Below, in pieces: positions 1-12,328 of a stretch of 64,000 nt of DNA. Each line of letters opens with the position of its first letter. Positions within the stretch are counted from its first letter, which is position 1. A program made the position numbers and the translations under genes. The notes beneath the pieces are model-generated. The model had not been told where the DNA came from. It worked only from the letters and a program-made list of their open reading frames with translations, and did no database searches. The stretch comes from Eledone cirrhosa (Eukaryota): NCBI GenBank assembly GCA_964016885.1, contig OZ024740.1, positions 43,958,001 to 44,022,000 of the forward strand. Reading direction: 5' to 3'.

Positions 1-165
1 GACGATATCTCTCGATCCAGGCTTATCGTCCATCAACACAGCAACTTCACGAAATCTTTCGCCGTTCGTATTGATTCCTTGGCACTGCGTCAGCCTTAAT
101 CACCAATGTTTGCTGCTGAACATTTTGCAGTTCAGCGACCAACATGAAATCCATAACATAAGGAT
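1..165 (-). pseudogene. Helitron RepHel N-terminal fragment (frameshifted)
   Basis: Manual translation gives PYVMDF...VIKADAVPRNQYERR / REVAVLMDDKPGSRDIV, matching the NPY...RRxNxP...EVA...RDIV motif that precedes the Helitron Rep domain. Confidence 0.65.
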
Positions 166-1021
166 TACACTGTCTAAGCCATGATTGCAGAACTCTGTGT
201 ATATTAGACTGGCAGACAGGCATACAGACAGATAAACTGCGTGGTGATTGTGGAACGCCACACGCATGGAAACGCGCACACTAACGCAAACTTACACACG
301 CACACACTCCTCACACATGTTGATAGTTTTTACTTTCTGTGGAACGCTGTACGCACGCACACACACACATAAACATACGCGCACTTACATACACACGCAC
401 ACATGTTAATATTTATTGCTTTACTTCTCCTCTTATTTCCACACACATCACACACACACATGTCTCTACACTGACACATTTACTTAGTGTATCAAACACA
501 GCGTTCACACACTCCCCTTTCACTCCCTCATTGGCATTATGCATATTAATTTCAGTTAGGCGTCGTTGAAGTGGGCGGAGTCGTTTGAAACCTTTGAACC
601 AATAATAATTGAGAATTATGACACACGGTATAATGACATTGTTGAAATTAATATATAGACTAGCTGCCGTACCCAGCTTCGCCCGGTTAAACAGATGATA
701 AGAGAAGACAGGTAAAACGCAAGATGACTGTATTGGATGTTTGTCTGGTTACAGTATGAGGCGAGTCCCTGGTGTCTGTGTGTTACATAAAACAGTAAAA
801 AATATCTTCCAGATATACCAGATTCTTCGTTGTACCGTTTGTGCATAGTATATGAACAATTCTAGATACTCCCACCTAGAATAGTGACCTCTAGGAGATG
901 GTTAATCTTCTGCCTGACTGTAAACCGTGTATCATTGCAGAGACATGGTTGTTCCACGTTTCTCAAAAGGAAGATGGAAGTTCCAATCTTTTATATTATA
1001 TGTAGATATAGATATAGATAA

Positions 1022-1279
1022 TTAATATAAAAGATGATGCTCAGCCAGTTCGTCTTCAACTATCGCAGCACGCCGTCGCTGCTTGGCTCCAGTGTTTCGT
1101 TGGCGTTGTTCAGCCAGTTCCTCTTCTTTCATGACGGCATGTCTTCGCCTCTGAAGTTCGGCGTTCCGATGGCGCTGTTCGGCCCGTTTTCCTTCATTCC
1201 TGGCTGCACGCCGTCGCTGCTGTAGTTCACTGTTTGATAAAGTCGAATTGCTTTTATTATCAGTATTCATTTCGAGCAA
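1022..1279 (-). pseudogene. STPR-like 23-aa charged repeats (Helitron RepHel N-terminus fragment); partial second copy at 2105-2215
   Basis: NSELQQRRRAARNEGKRAEQRHR / NAELQRRRHAVMKEEELAEQRQR / NTGAKQRRRAAIVEDELAE has a 23-residue period and lies inside a Helitron unit. Confidence 0.55.
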
Positions 1280-3164
1280 TTGTCAAAAAATGACACAACA
1301 ATAAATATAAAAGATGTCCGTCAATGTAAAAAAAGGTCCCTATTTACTCCCTTCAGAACTCTGTGTATGTTAGACTGACAGACAGGCACACAGACAGATA
1401 AACTGCGTGGTGATTGTGGGTCGCCCCACGTACACACACATACACGCATGGAAACGCGCACACGCATGCAAACTTACACACGCACCCGTGCACTGACACA
1501 AACGCACACACTCACTCATGTTGATAGTTTTTACTTTCTGTGGAACACTGCATGCACGCACACACACATAAACATACGCGCACGTACATAAACACGCACA
1601 CATGTTAATAGTTATTGAACACAGCGTTCAAACTCTCCCCTATCACTCCCTCATTGGCATTATGCGTATTAATTTAAGTTTGGCGTGGTTGAGGTGGGCG
1701 GAGTCGTTTGAAACCTATGAACCAATGATAATCGAGAATTATGACACACGGAATAATGACGTTGTTTAAATTAATATATAGACTAGCTGACGTACCCAGC
1801 TTCGCCCGGGTAAACAGATGATAAGAGAAGACAGGTAAAAGAGAAAATGACTGTATTGGATGTTTGTCTGGTTACAGTTTGAGGCGAGTCCGTGGTGTCT
1901 GTGTGACACAAAAAAACAGTAAAAGAAATCTTCCAGATATACCAGTTTCTTCGTTGTACCGTTTGTGCATAGTATATGAACAATTCTAGGTGCTGCCTGA
2001 CTGTAAAACGTGTATCATTGCATTGATGTGGTTGTTCCACGTTTCTCAAAAGGATGATGGATGTTCCAATATTTTATATTATATGTAGATATAGATATAG
2101 ATAATTAATATAAAAGATGATGCTCAGCCAGTTCATCTTCAACCATCGCAGCACGCCGTCGCTGCTTGGCTCCAGTGTTTCGTTGGCGTTGTTCAGCCAG
2201 CTCCTCTTCATCCATGTTAATAGTTATTGCTTTCCTTCCCTTCTTATTTCCACACACATCACACACACACATCTCTCTACACTGACACATATACATAGTG
2301 TAGGCAACACAGCGTTCAATTTGCCTCTCTGTTTCTTACTCTCCCCTCTCACTCCCTCATTGGCATTATGCATATTGATTTAAGTTTGGCGTCGTTGAGG
2401 TGGGTGGAGTCGTTTGAAACCTTTGAACCAATAATAATCAAGAATTATGACACACGGAATACTGACATTGTTGAAATTAATATATAGATATATAATTTCT
2501 TACAATCAATAAATATATCACTAAACATATTTGCTGTATAGCAGCGTTTTGGAAATATCGAAAGTGGCAACGAGATACATATGGTGTTATGACTTGTCAT
2601 ATCATTTGATGTGGGTGAATGTGATCTGTGTAGTAGAAAATATCTGTTTTGTAAATTTTTTAGTGTGATCGGAACAAAAAATGTCAAAACTATGTTTGTT
2701 AGCCTACCAAGAATGGGTCGCATTAATGTGAGAAAAAGCATGTCCATTGATGGTGCTAAATAGCCAGCCGCCAGACCTGTGTTAGAGAAGTGAAAATGTT
2801 TATTTAATAAATTTCAGTCGAGCAGAGATATTAAATTCGAAGACATAATTAGATGATAGTTCCTCGTTCTTGTTTTTAGCAAAATCCCATAAAATCAGTA
2901 TACTTTTGTAAACCGTATATACTCTGGAATATGTTAAATTTGAAGGATTTCTCTTGACATTTAACTTTGAAAAGATTTGACCACAATGTTAATTAGTTTT
3001 CCTGAGCTGTATACAATTTGGTAGTTTAAGGCTTTCTAGAGTGTCTCGAAAATGTCAAGTTTGATGACAATTTTATTTGGCTTCGGATTGATTCTTTAAT
3101 GAATGCAGTTATCATCGTAACTCGTGAATAGAAACAAGAGTGGCATGGTTAAATATTTCAACTT

Positions 3165-3480
3165 TCTTGATCTCAGTAGCGAGGTTTCTGGCCTACAGAC
3201 TCGAGTATTGGGCTGATGATAACAAACATTTGGGTTCTAATCCCAGATCGAGTGACACATTGTGTCTTTGTTCAATGCCCTTAGTGTTCACGTTGCTCCA
3301 GTTCTCAGCTGAAAATGAAGAAATACCAGTGGTCACTGGAAGTTAGCTCTGCGACAGACTTGTCCTCTGTCCAGTAGGTGAGTTTTGTCTTTTCTGTCAC
3401 CTAAGTCCCATAAAACTGAGATAAACTCTGGGCGCCATCCAGTCCAAACAAGAATGGAAAAACAGACGTATATCCGTAAA
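3165..3480 (+). mobile_element. Old degenerate tRNA-derived SINE
   Basis: B-box-like GGTTCTAATCCC followed by a SINE-like body and GGAAAAACAGACGT tail; heavily decayed. Confidence 0.35.
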
Positions 3481-3865
3481 ACTAATTCTTATCATTAGAT
3501 GTTAAATATTGTATAATATAGATTTATTACTTTCCTTTTGGTTTTTCTCTTATCGGTTGGTAAATATGCGAGAGAAAACGAACTATCAAATTTAATATAA
3601 TAAATGCATATCTGGATTCATATGCATAATAAAGATGCACTTTGTCTCGCTACGGTTAGTCTTAAGTGTTTATTTTACATAAACGTATTCTATATGGGTT
3701 CATATCCTCCTTTATTCTCAATCATGCTATGTTATTGCTATCGCTAACCATTCATGTTAAATATATTTGAAATATGTTAGAAATATCCAAATCTCCGGCA
3801 GAAAATGGTATGAGTGGGACTGCATAATCATTATATACAACCTTTTACGTAACATGTTTCATGAT

Positions 3866-3914
3866 GAAGAAGAAGAAGAAGAAGAAGAAGAAGAAGAAGA
3901 AGAAGAAGAAGAAG

Positions 3915-3943
<29 letters not shown>
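3866..3943. repeat. (GAA)n microsatellite
   Basis: Pure GAA run. Confidence 0.98.
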
Positions 3944-3945
<2 letters not shown>

Positions 3946-4059
3946 GTGACACGTTACACACGATGCCTCACTTTGGGTTAATTTTGTTCAATTTTGCATA
4001 TTTACACCGACGACTATCGGTCCAAAATAAAATAATTGGGTTTCAGGCAGGCCAATACA

Positions 4060-4540
4060 CTAACCAACTCGAAATCACCAGGCCTGGGTGGTGTGCAAGG
4101 ATACTGGACTAAAGATATAACACCTCTCCATCCGATACTGATGGCCATGTTCAATGACTGCTTGGTATCGGGGGAAGTACCGCAGTGGTTGACAAAACGT
4201 ACAAAGGCTCTAATAAGCCAAGGGGAATGACGTTACCAACTATACATCTATGACATGTATGTCCTTGATGTGGGAATTGCTAACAAGCATTATGTTTGAG
4301 GAAATCACTCACCGCCTTCATATTAATAACTTATTGTCGGAAGAACAGAAAGGATGGCGAAAATGTCCCGTGGTACAAAAAACAGTTAATTATTGACATG
4401 ATGATAAGGAACTGCAAGAGGAGTCATACTGGTCTTGTCACTGGTCATTGGTTCCTCATTCTTGGATAACCAAGTGTCTGGAAAACTCCAAGGTGGTGAA
4501 CAACATCAGACTACTATTAAGGGATAGCATGCTTTGCAGA
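4060..4540 (+). pseudogene. R4/Dong-clade non-LTR reverse transcriptase fragment
   Basis: KSPGLGGVQGYWTK...PQWLT, TCMSLMWELLTSI, EEQKG, RGTK..QLIID and VPHSWI motifs, interrupted by stops and frameshifts. Confidence 0.7.
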
Positions 4541-4544
4541 ACAG

Positions 4545-4712
4545 AGTTATGGCTCTTTACGTCCCGAGTTCAAATCCCACCGAGGTTAACGTTGCTTTTC
4601 ATCCTTACGAGGTCGATGAAATAAAGCACCAGCAATGCACTGGGGTCGATTAATCGTCTTTCCTCTCCCTTCAAATTGCTGGCCTTGTGCCTAAAGAAAA
4701 AACAATTATTGT
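4545..4712 (+). mobile_element. tRNA-derived SINE, older 5'-truncated copy (window family S)
   Basis: GAGTTCAAATCCC B box, TTTCATCCTTACGAGGTCGAT central domain, GGCCTTGTGCC, (ATT)n tail. Confidence 0.8.
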
Positions 4713-4722
4713 TATTATTCAG

Positions 4723-4910
4723 TGGCAGTATCGGTAGAGGGTCAGACGCCATGCTTTGACTCATAGAGTTACGGCCCTTGCCATTCTGAGTTCAAATCCC
4801 GCCGAGGTTAACTTTGCCTTTCATCCTTATGGGGTCGATAAAATAAGGTACCAATAATACACTGGGTAATTGGTGGCCTTGTGCCAAAAGTAGAAACAAT
4901 TATTATTCAG
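4723..4910 (+). mobile_element. tRNA-derived SINE family S, inserted into the tail of the previous copy
   Basis: A box TGGCAGTATCGG, B box GTTCAAATCC, and a central GCCTTTCATCCTT..GGGTCGATAAAAT domain (recalled as Meta/MESC-like). TSD TTATTATTCAG at 4712-4722 and 4900-4910. Confidence 0.85.
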
Positions 4911-5359
4911 ATTGCCCCGTTTCTTTTGATAGTAAGTAAACTATTGTTTGCGTACAAAATAGTTAGCAATTTATCAACGTTTAACTTTTTATTTCGAATC
5001 TTCGATAATTTGTAAAGGTTCCCTGTATTCTGAAGAAATTTCTCTATTTTTAAGCTGTATAATTAAATAAGGTTTGATATTTCTTTGGTTATCTTTCCTT
5101 TACTCTCTCTCTTCTCTATTATTTCGTCCTTCTATTTTGGATCCCAATTTTTTGTATTATCTGAGTTTTTTTTTTTTTTTTTTTTTCTCTAAATATTATC
5201 CATTTACTCTGCGAATGATTCTAGTAGATGTATAAAGAATCTGGTTCGGAAAAGGAAAACAAAAGAATTACAAAACATCCGAAAAGTACACCAAACCTAT
5301 GAGTATGTCACTCCCCCCACCACACACACATATCTATATTTATATATATATATGTACAT

Positions 5360-5577
<218 letters not shown>

Positions 5578-5607
5578 AAAGAATGGAGGTGTAACACACA
5601 AGTTAAG

Positions 5608-5888
5608 ATATATTGGTAAACGGAAAAGAAATGCTGACAAATTGTTCACAGTGAAAAATAGTTTAATTAGGAATAAATGAAAATTAGTAATAGTATGGGT
5701 TAGTATTCAATTAGTATTCAGTTAGTATTCAGTTTTGGTTTTAAGTTTTACTGGTTGCGCATTTCTAATGCTTTTCAAAAATAATTTTCAAAACTGAATA
5801 CTAACCAATACTGTTACTAATTCTCACTTATTCCTAATTAAACTATTTTTCACTGTGAACAATTTGTCAGCATTTTCTTTTCCGTTTA

Positions 5889-5896
<8 letters not shown>
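5608..5896. repeat. Fold-back inverted repeat (arms about 5608-5737 / 5789-5896); same family at 19785-19930 and 47050-47222
   Basis: ATATTGGTAAACGGAAAAGAAATGCTGACAAATTG and its reverse complement, flanked by (TA)n. Confidence 0.9.
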
Positions 5897-5958
<62 letters not shown>

Positions 5959-6346
5959 AAATTAAGACAAATCAAAGTGAATTTAATCAAAATCAAAATT
6001 ATGGGGGTCATGCCAGAAAGGCATGCGCCATATCACCCGTAAAATAACCTCCAAGATTCTAATGAATAGGTCCGAGCATTTTATAACAACTAGAAATTAA
6101 TTAGCATATAAATAAACACATGAAACAATCACAGGGGATAATTTTTACAAGTGTGCAAGCACACAGAGCACACATTTATTTATATGTTAATCAATTTCTA
6201 GTTGTTATATATATATATATATATATATAAATATATATGTGTATATATGTGTGTGTGTGTGTGTATTATATATATATACATATATATATAATATGTGTGT
6301 ATACATACATATATACATTTATATATATATATACATATATATATGA

Positions 6347-6378
<32 letters not shown>

Positions 6379-6400
6379 TGTGTGTATATATATATGTATA

Positions 6401-6445
<45 letters not shown>

Positions 6446-7607
6446 CATTATACTGTTTGTCCTCTAATCTACGAGTCAAGAGACTAAATATTTAGAAACA
6501 TTTTCTAGAACGCGCTGTCATTGTAGCTACTTTACCGATCTTTTTCCAATAGACATACATATTCAATGTTTTGTAGGGAGTAATATTTTTTATAATCGAC
6601 TATACAGTATATTTCTGCTACATTTATTGATCATAGATCGATAAATAGCTACGTTATTTCTAACAAGTTTTGAACAGAAAATATAGGGGTGATGGATTAA
6701 ATTCTATTATAAATACTGGGATTTTCTTGAAGTGATCTAAATTTTTTTCACTGCCAAATAACCACTTACATTTAATTGAATGTTACCCCGTAGCTCCCGT
6801 TCCATTTACTCCCCACACAGTTTGTTATATGAGGAGAAAATTATCGAAAGAACGAAATGCTATGGACCCCAGCCACGGACCGATTTTCACAGATAATCAG
6901 TCCCGGACGCCCGGACACAGACCACTAATCCTGGGTTTCCAGTCCTGGAGCCCCAGCTACAGAACCCCTATCTCAGACACCTAGTCGTGGACCTCCAGTT
7001 ACGGATCCTCAGTTACAGATGCCATGTTACGGACACAAAATCATTGACTACCAGTCCAGGACAGCAGGTTGTGAACCATTGATTTCCTTAAAGCAAAAAA
7101 TTAACCTCTCCCTCTTCCGTCCTATTTTCCATTTATTAGGAAACAAGATTTATCTATTTCATCACACACAGACGCGCGCAAACACACACACATATATTAA
7201 AGGTGATTATCATTATTTCAATTAACAAGGAAATTCGGATTTTCTGGCATGATCACATGTATACAAATTAAAAATTGCGTATATGTATATACACACTCTG
7301 TATTGATACAGATAAAACTTTATCATAGACTCCGGCTGCAAGTGCACTTCTTGATATATATATATATATATATATATATAATTGAATAAACAAGCAATAT
7401 AGTTTGTTATCCTTAAGTTAAGGATAACACACTATATTGCTGTAGTTAGTATTTTTTCACCCTAGCAAATTTGGTCCTTACGATCCGAACACATGTATGT
7501 TTATATTAGTGTTCATCTTTCTTGTTTATTCAATTATATTGTACGGCTCGGAAAAGCTTTTTTCTTAGAGTTATCTAATTGTAAGAGACTACCCTGAGTT
7601 CTTAACT

Positions 7608-7672
<65 letters not shown>

Positions 7673-8094
7673 AAATTAAGATAAATCAAAATGAATTTAA
7701 TCTAAATCAAAATTATGGGTGTCATGCCAGAAAGGCATGCGCCATATCACCTGTACGAAGCTGGTGTGATGTGTGTATTTTTAGTAGATACAGCACGTGT
7801 TACTGGCCAGTCGCTGATTTGAACTTAATGCTTAAACACAGAACGCTGCACTTCTTCCTTGTTGAAAATCCAAGTATCGGCCTCCGTGGTTTACCATTCG
7901 ATTAATTGGTGAAATATATTTCTTTAATGGAATATATACAGGGAAGATTAATCATATTATAAGGTATCTATTTTTGAAGTTCTAGTTAACTTTATTTAGT
8001 TACCTACCTAGCTATGTGCGCTTGCGCACTTGTAAAAATTATCCCCTTGTGATTGTTTCATATATTTATTTATATGTTAATCAATTTCTAGTTG

Positions 8095-8163
<69 letters not shown>

Positions 8164-8175
8164 GATGATAAAAAC

Positions 8176-8498
8176 AAGTGGGCCCAACACAGTGCCTTGT
8201 GGGACGCCCCTGCTGACTTTGACAGGGCTTGATTTTACTCCTTCGATTACAACATCTTGTGTTCTGTCTGTCAGGAAGCATTTGATACACTGTAGTAACT
8301 TTCCACAGACACCAATATTGGATAGTTCTTTTCACTAGAATCTTATGGCAACCTTGCTGAAATCAAGGTAGATGACATCAGTGTTGGAGCCTTCTCCCAA
8401 AGCTCTCAAAACAATGAAAGAACTGCGTTAAGCAGTAATTTCCATTACGGAACCCATGTTGGTTGGAGTTCAGCAGGCCGTTGCTTTCAAGAAAGTGG
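8176..8498 (-). repeat. Inverted duplicate of the 5' part of the CR1-like LINE (mirrors 8533-8876)
   Basis: Reverse complement of the RT-coding segment, 34-bp spacer, arms diverged with indels. Confidence 0.9.
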
Positions 8499-9409
8499 AG
8501 GTATTTGAGAGGGTGGTGAGATCACGAATAACCCACTTTCTTGAAAGCAACGGCCTGCTGAACTCCAACCAACATGGGTTCCGTAATGGAAGGGACTGCC
8601 TAACGCAGCTCCTGCATCACTTTGACGACGTTTTGAGAGCCTTGAGAGAGGGCTCCAACACTGATGTCATCTACCTTGATTTCAGCAAGGCCTTTGACAG
8701 GGTTGATCATAAGATTTTACTGAAAAAACTATCCAATATTGGTGTCTCTGGAAAGTTACTACAGTGTATCAAATGCTTCCTGACAGACAGAACCCAGCAT
8801 GTTGTAGTCGAAGGAGTAAAATCAAGCCCTGCCAAAGTCAGCAGTGGCGTCCCACAAGGCACTGTGTTGGCCCACTTCTTTTCATCCATCCTCAACATTA
8901 ATGACATTACTGACATCATCAAGCACAGCAACATAAGAATCTTCGCAGATGATTCCAAGCTCCAAAGGGTGATCAATGAGGTGGGTGACCGAACACGCCT
9001 TCAGTCAGACCTACCGGCTGTTATCCAATGGGCAGAAAAGAACAATATGTATTTGAATGAGGATAAGTTTGAGTTAATCCACTTTGGAAAAAACGATGCC
9101 CTGAAACTACCATACTCTCTTACTTCGTGTGAAACTCTCGTGGCATCCAACAACATCATAGACCTGGGAGTAATTGTGGGCAACAACATAAGCTGGGCCA
9201 CTTATATAAACAGCAAAGTTGACATGACCCACAGAATGTGTTCCTGGATTATCAGAACCTTCCAGTTGAGAGATATCCACACTGTTATCCTTCTCTTCTC
9301 CACCTTTTCCCGACCCAACCTTGAATACTGTTGTCCATTGTGGTCTCCCCACACGAAACAAGGTATCATGAAAGTTGAAGCACCCCAAAGATCAATTAAA
9401 AAAAAGATA
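8499..9409 (+). pseudogene. CR1-clade LINE reverse transcriptase, 5'-truncated, part 1
   Basis: NQHGFRNGR, YLDFSKAFDRVDH, SGVPQGTVL, FADD, LEYCCPLWSP. Confidence 0.88.
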
Positions 9410-9619
9410 TGTTTCTTTTATTTGCAACCAGGGCATCAAAAGTGGGACAAGTACAGGGGGGGAGTTTACACAAAAAGGCGTCCTCAATAAGGAGGAGGCA
9501 ATAACAATATATAAAAATAATATATAACAAAAAATAAAATTTATAACAAAATCCTCAATAGAGAGGAGGTGCCTTGGGGGGTCGCACACACCCACGAAAA
9601 AAGTGTGCAACCCATTTCC

Positions 9620-12328
9620 TCAGGAGCACAGAGAGGGGGTGCTCCCTCGTTCCTTCCTCCCTCGTTCCTCCTCTTCCGGATCCGCCTGCCAGAGGGCGGT
9701 GAGCGCCTGGGCACACTCAGTGTGCCAGGCGCCCAGTTTTCTCGGTCTTTGCTTGACCCAGGATTGCAGCTCGGTGAGTGAGACGAGTCTGGGAAAGGTT
9801 CGTCTCACAAACGAGGCCCACACCGATTGACCGGTGAGGAATACGTAGAGGTGCCGTAGCCTTAATGCGTGTTTACGCATCATTAGCCACGGCATCCCCA
9901 GCCCTCCTTTCGAAGGGTGTTGACAGCAGATGGATCTCCTCACCATAGGAGCCCGCCTCTTCCAAAGGAATTGGAAGAGCGCGCGCTCCATCTTGGAGAG
10001 GGTTTCCCTTGGGCAGGGCACTACGGTCAGGCGGTAGTAGATGACGGACGCTATATAAGTGTTCGCCACCTCCGCCCGACCTTTCAGGGATAGTTTGCAA
10101 CTGGCCCACTTCTGGGTCAGTGCAAACACCCTGTTCGTAACCTCCGCCCAGTTCTTCTCCACCTGGAGGTCCGGTCCGAACCAGACCCCGAGCAACTTCA
10201 CCGGGCCCTCCGTCCAGCGTCCGACGACGCCATCGGAGGGCATCGGTCTGCCCCTCCACGTGCCGAGTTGCAAACCGATCGACTTGTCCCGGTTCAGCTT
10301 AGCCCCTGTGAACCTTTCGTACTCCTCCAGTAAGGTGCCGACCGCCTCGATTTCGGAGGCCGTCGACACCATTACTGTCACGTCATCGGCGTAGGCTGAC
10401 ACCGCTTTCCGCAATCCCGGTTCCAAAGGGATGCCCTGCAACAACTCCAACTTCCGCAGTACTGGCTCGAGAGTCAACACATACAGAAGGGAGGAGAGAG
10501 GGCACCCTTGTCGGATGGACCGCGCGATTTTGAACGGCTCCGAGAGGTAGCCGTTCACCTTGACCCTAGAGCAGATGCGGCTGCTGTGCATAGCAGTGAT
10601 CCAGCCCCTGAAAACGGGTCCGAAGCCTGCCGCCGCTAACACCGCATCCAGGTAATCATGGTCGACCCTATCGAACGCCTTAGATTGATCCAAGTTGATT
10701 AGAGCCCCACCAAAGCCGGATTCGTTCCCAACCCTCTCTATGATGTATCGCATGAGGTGGAGGTTGTCATGGATGGACCTGGACGGGATAGCGCATGCCT
10801 GCGCATCTCCCACCAGGTTGCCCACGACAAGCGCCAACCTCTTTGCTAGCACCTTGGCCAAAATCTGTAACTCTGTATTTAGCAGAGTTATGGGCCTGAA
10901 GTTACTTATTTCGTCCCCCTTGTTCTTGTCCTTCCTCACTAGCGTGACTACGCCCTTGGTCACAGTACAGGGAATTGCCAGTTACAGTAGACCACCTCGA
11001 GGGGATCGGGGAACAAGTCCGGCATAGCTAGATATAATTCGTAAGGAAGACCATCGAGACCCGGGGATTTGCGTTTGCCGCATTGGCTCAGCACGTCCTC
11101 TATCTCAGCGGCCGAAATCGGCTCCTCGCAGGACTTCGCCTCCCTCTCCGAGAGACGCGGCAGGCCGTCGAGGTATGGACCGAAGTCCACGTTCCCAACC
11201 GGCTCCCCGCCTTTGAAAGGCCTCACACATCTGCTTAGGTTCAAGAATCGCCCGTCCATCCAGGTCTCGCAAAGACCGGATGGTGGATTTAGTTCCACTG
11301 TTGGCCTCTGTCACGCGGGCCCAGCTAACAGCTTTGGTCCCCTCGTTCCCTAGAGCACGTATTTTACTTCGGACAACGCAGCCTTCGTGCTTCGCGTCGA
11401 AAAACTGGCTCAAAGCCGTTCTCGACGCTAACACTCTGGCCACGTCGCCGCTTCTAATTGCCTCTTCTACTCTATCTATTAGCTCCCTTTCCTTCCTATT
11501 CTTATCCGCAGCTAGAACCTTACTAAATTCTATCGAGACTACTCTAATCTCTCTCTTTAGAGATACCCACCACCTGCTGTTGACGATCGCTCCAGTCAAC
11601 CGTTCCTTAACTAACGTACTAATCCGATCCCTGTAAGCTCTACTTGCCGGCAAGGACAAGTTGAGCTTCCAGTAACCGGGGCCCTGTCTATGCGTTCTAT
11701 CAAGGTTGACCATGCAAGTCACCAACTTGTGGTCTGAATAGCTAACCATGAGCATTTCTGGACAACTTAAAAAGTCCCTGTCCTTATTTCTAACTAAAAA
11801 TCTATCTAGGTACGACCTAGATGATCCGCTGCGATTTGACCAAGACCAGGTTGGCACCGTCGGAAAATCTAGTCGAAATCTATCGGCCAGGTCAAATCGG
11901 CCGAGTAACCCCTTGAGGCTGTTGCACCCCTCTCTATCGGGACATGCCCCTGCATAGTCCCAATGTGCATCCAGGATACCATTCCAATCCCCCACAATCC
12001 TCCCTAGAAAAGACTCCAGAGGCTGGAAAAAGTCGGGCCGCTCTGTCCCAAAAGGGGCATATGCGGCTACCAGCCTAAAGGCTCTACCTTCACCACTGCT
12101 AAGATCCAGCAGAACGACAACCCCACCCCCACCTCCGGGCTGACAGAGAGATGCGTGCATCTCAAAGTCATCAAAGGTGGGGGCTAGCTGCCGCATAATG
12201 CTGATCCGGGCCTCGCAGATAACCATCACATTTGTAGATTGTGACCTGAGGTCATTTAGAAGCATTGCTTGCTTCCAAGATGAGCCCAGGCCACGCGCAT
12301 TTAGACACCCTACTCTTAGCACAGCCAT
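9620..12328 (-). pseudogene. Tx1-like ORF2: AP endonuclease + reverse transcriptase (frameshifted, C-terminus deleted)
   Basis: CLNARGL, GDWN, SYLDRFLV, SDHKLV, GPGYWKLN, KSPGLDGLPYELY, NFRPITLLN, DQSKAFDRVDH, RQGCPLS, YADD. Confidence 0.9.

Larger units (their letters stand above)
1..2488 (-). mobile_element. Tandem head-to-tail array of three non-autonomous/deleted Helitron units (2488-1783, 1782-660, 659 to beyond window start)
   Basis: On the - strand each unit starts TCTATATATTAA. The two complete units end in a GC hairpin (CCGGGCGAAGCTGGG) plus CAGCTAG. Exact CTAG|TC junctions at 660/659 and 1783/1782; A|TC at the outer 5' end (2489/2488). Confidence 0.8.

Noticed and set aside
4723-4810. 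tRNA-like A/B boxes
   Set aside because: These are heads of a multi-copy SINE with no cloverleaf or terminator, not tRNA genes.
7857-7930. TTGAAAA...GAAA-tatatt-TC, a possible second U3:A8 hammerhead
   Set aside because: Stem II pairs but stem I does not; at best a decayed copy.
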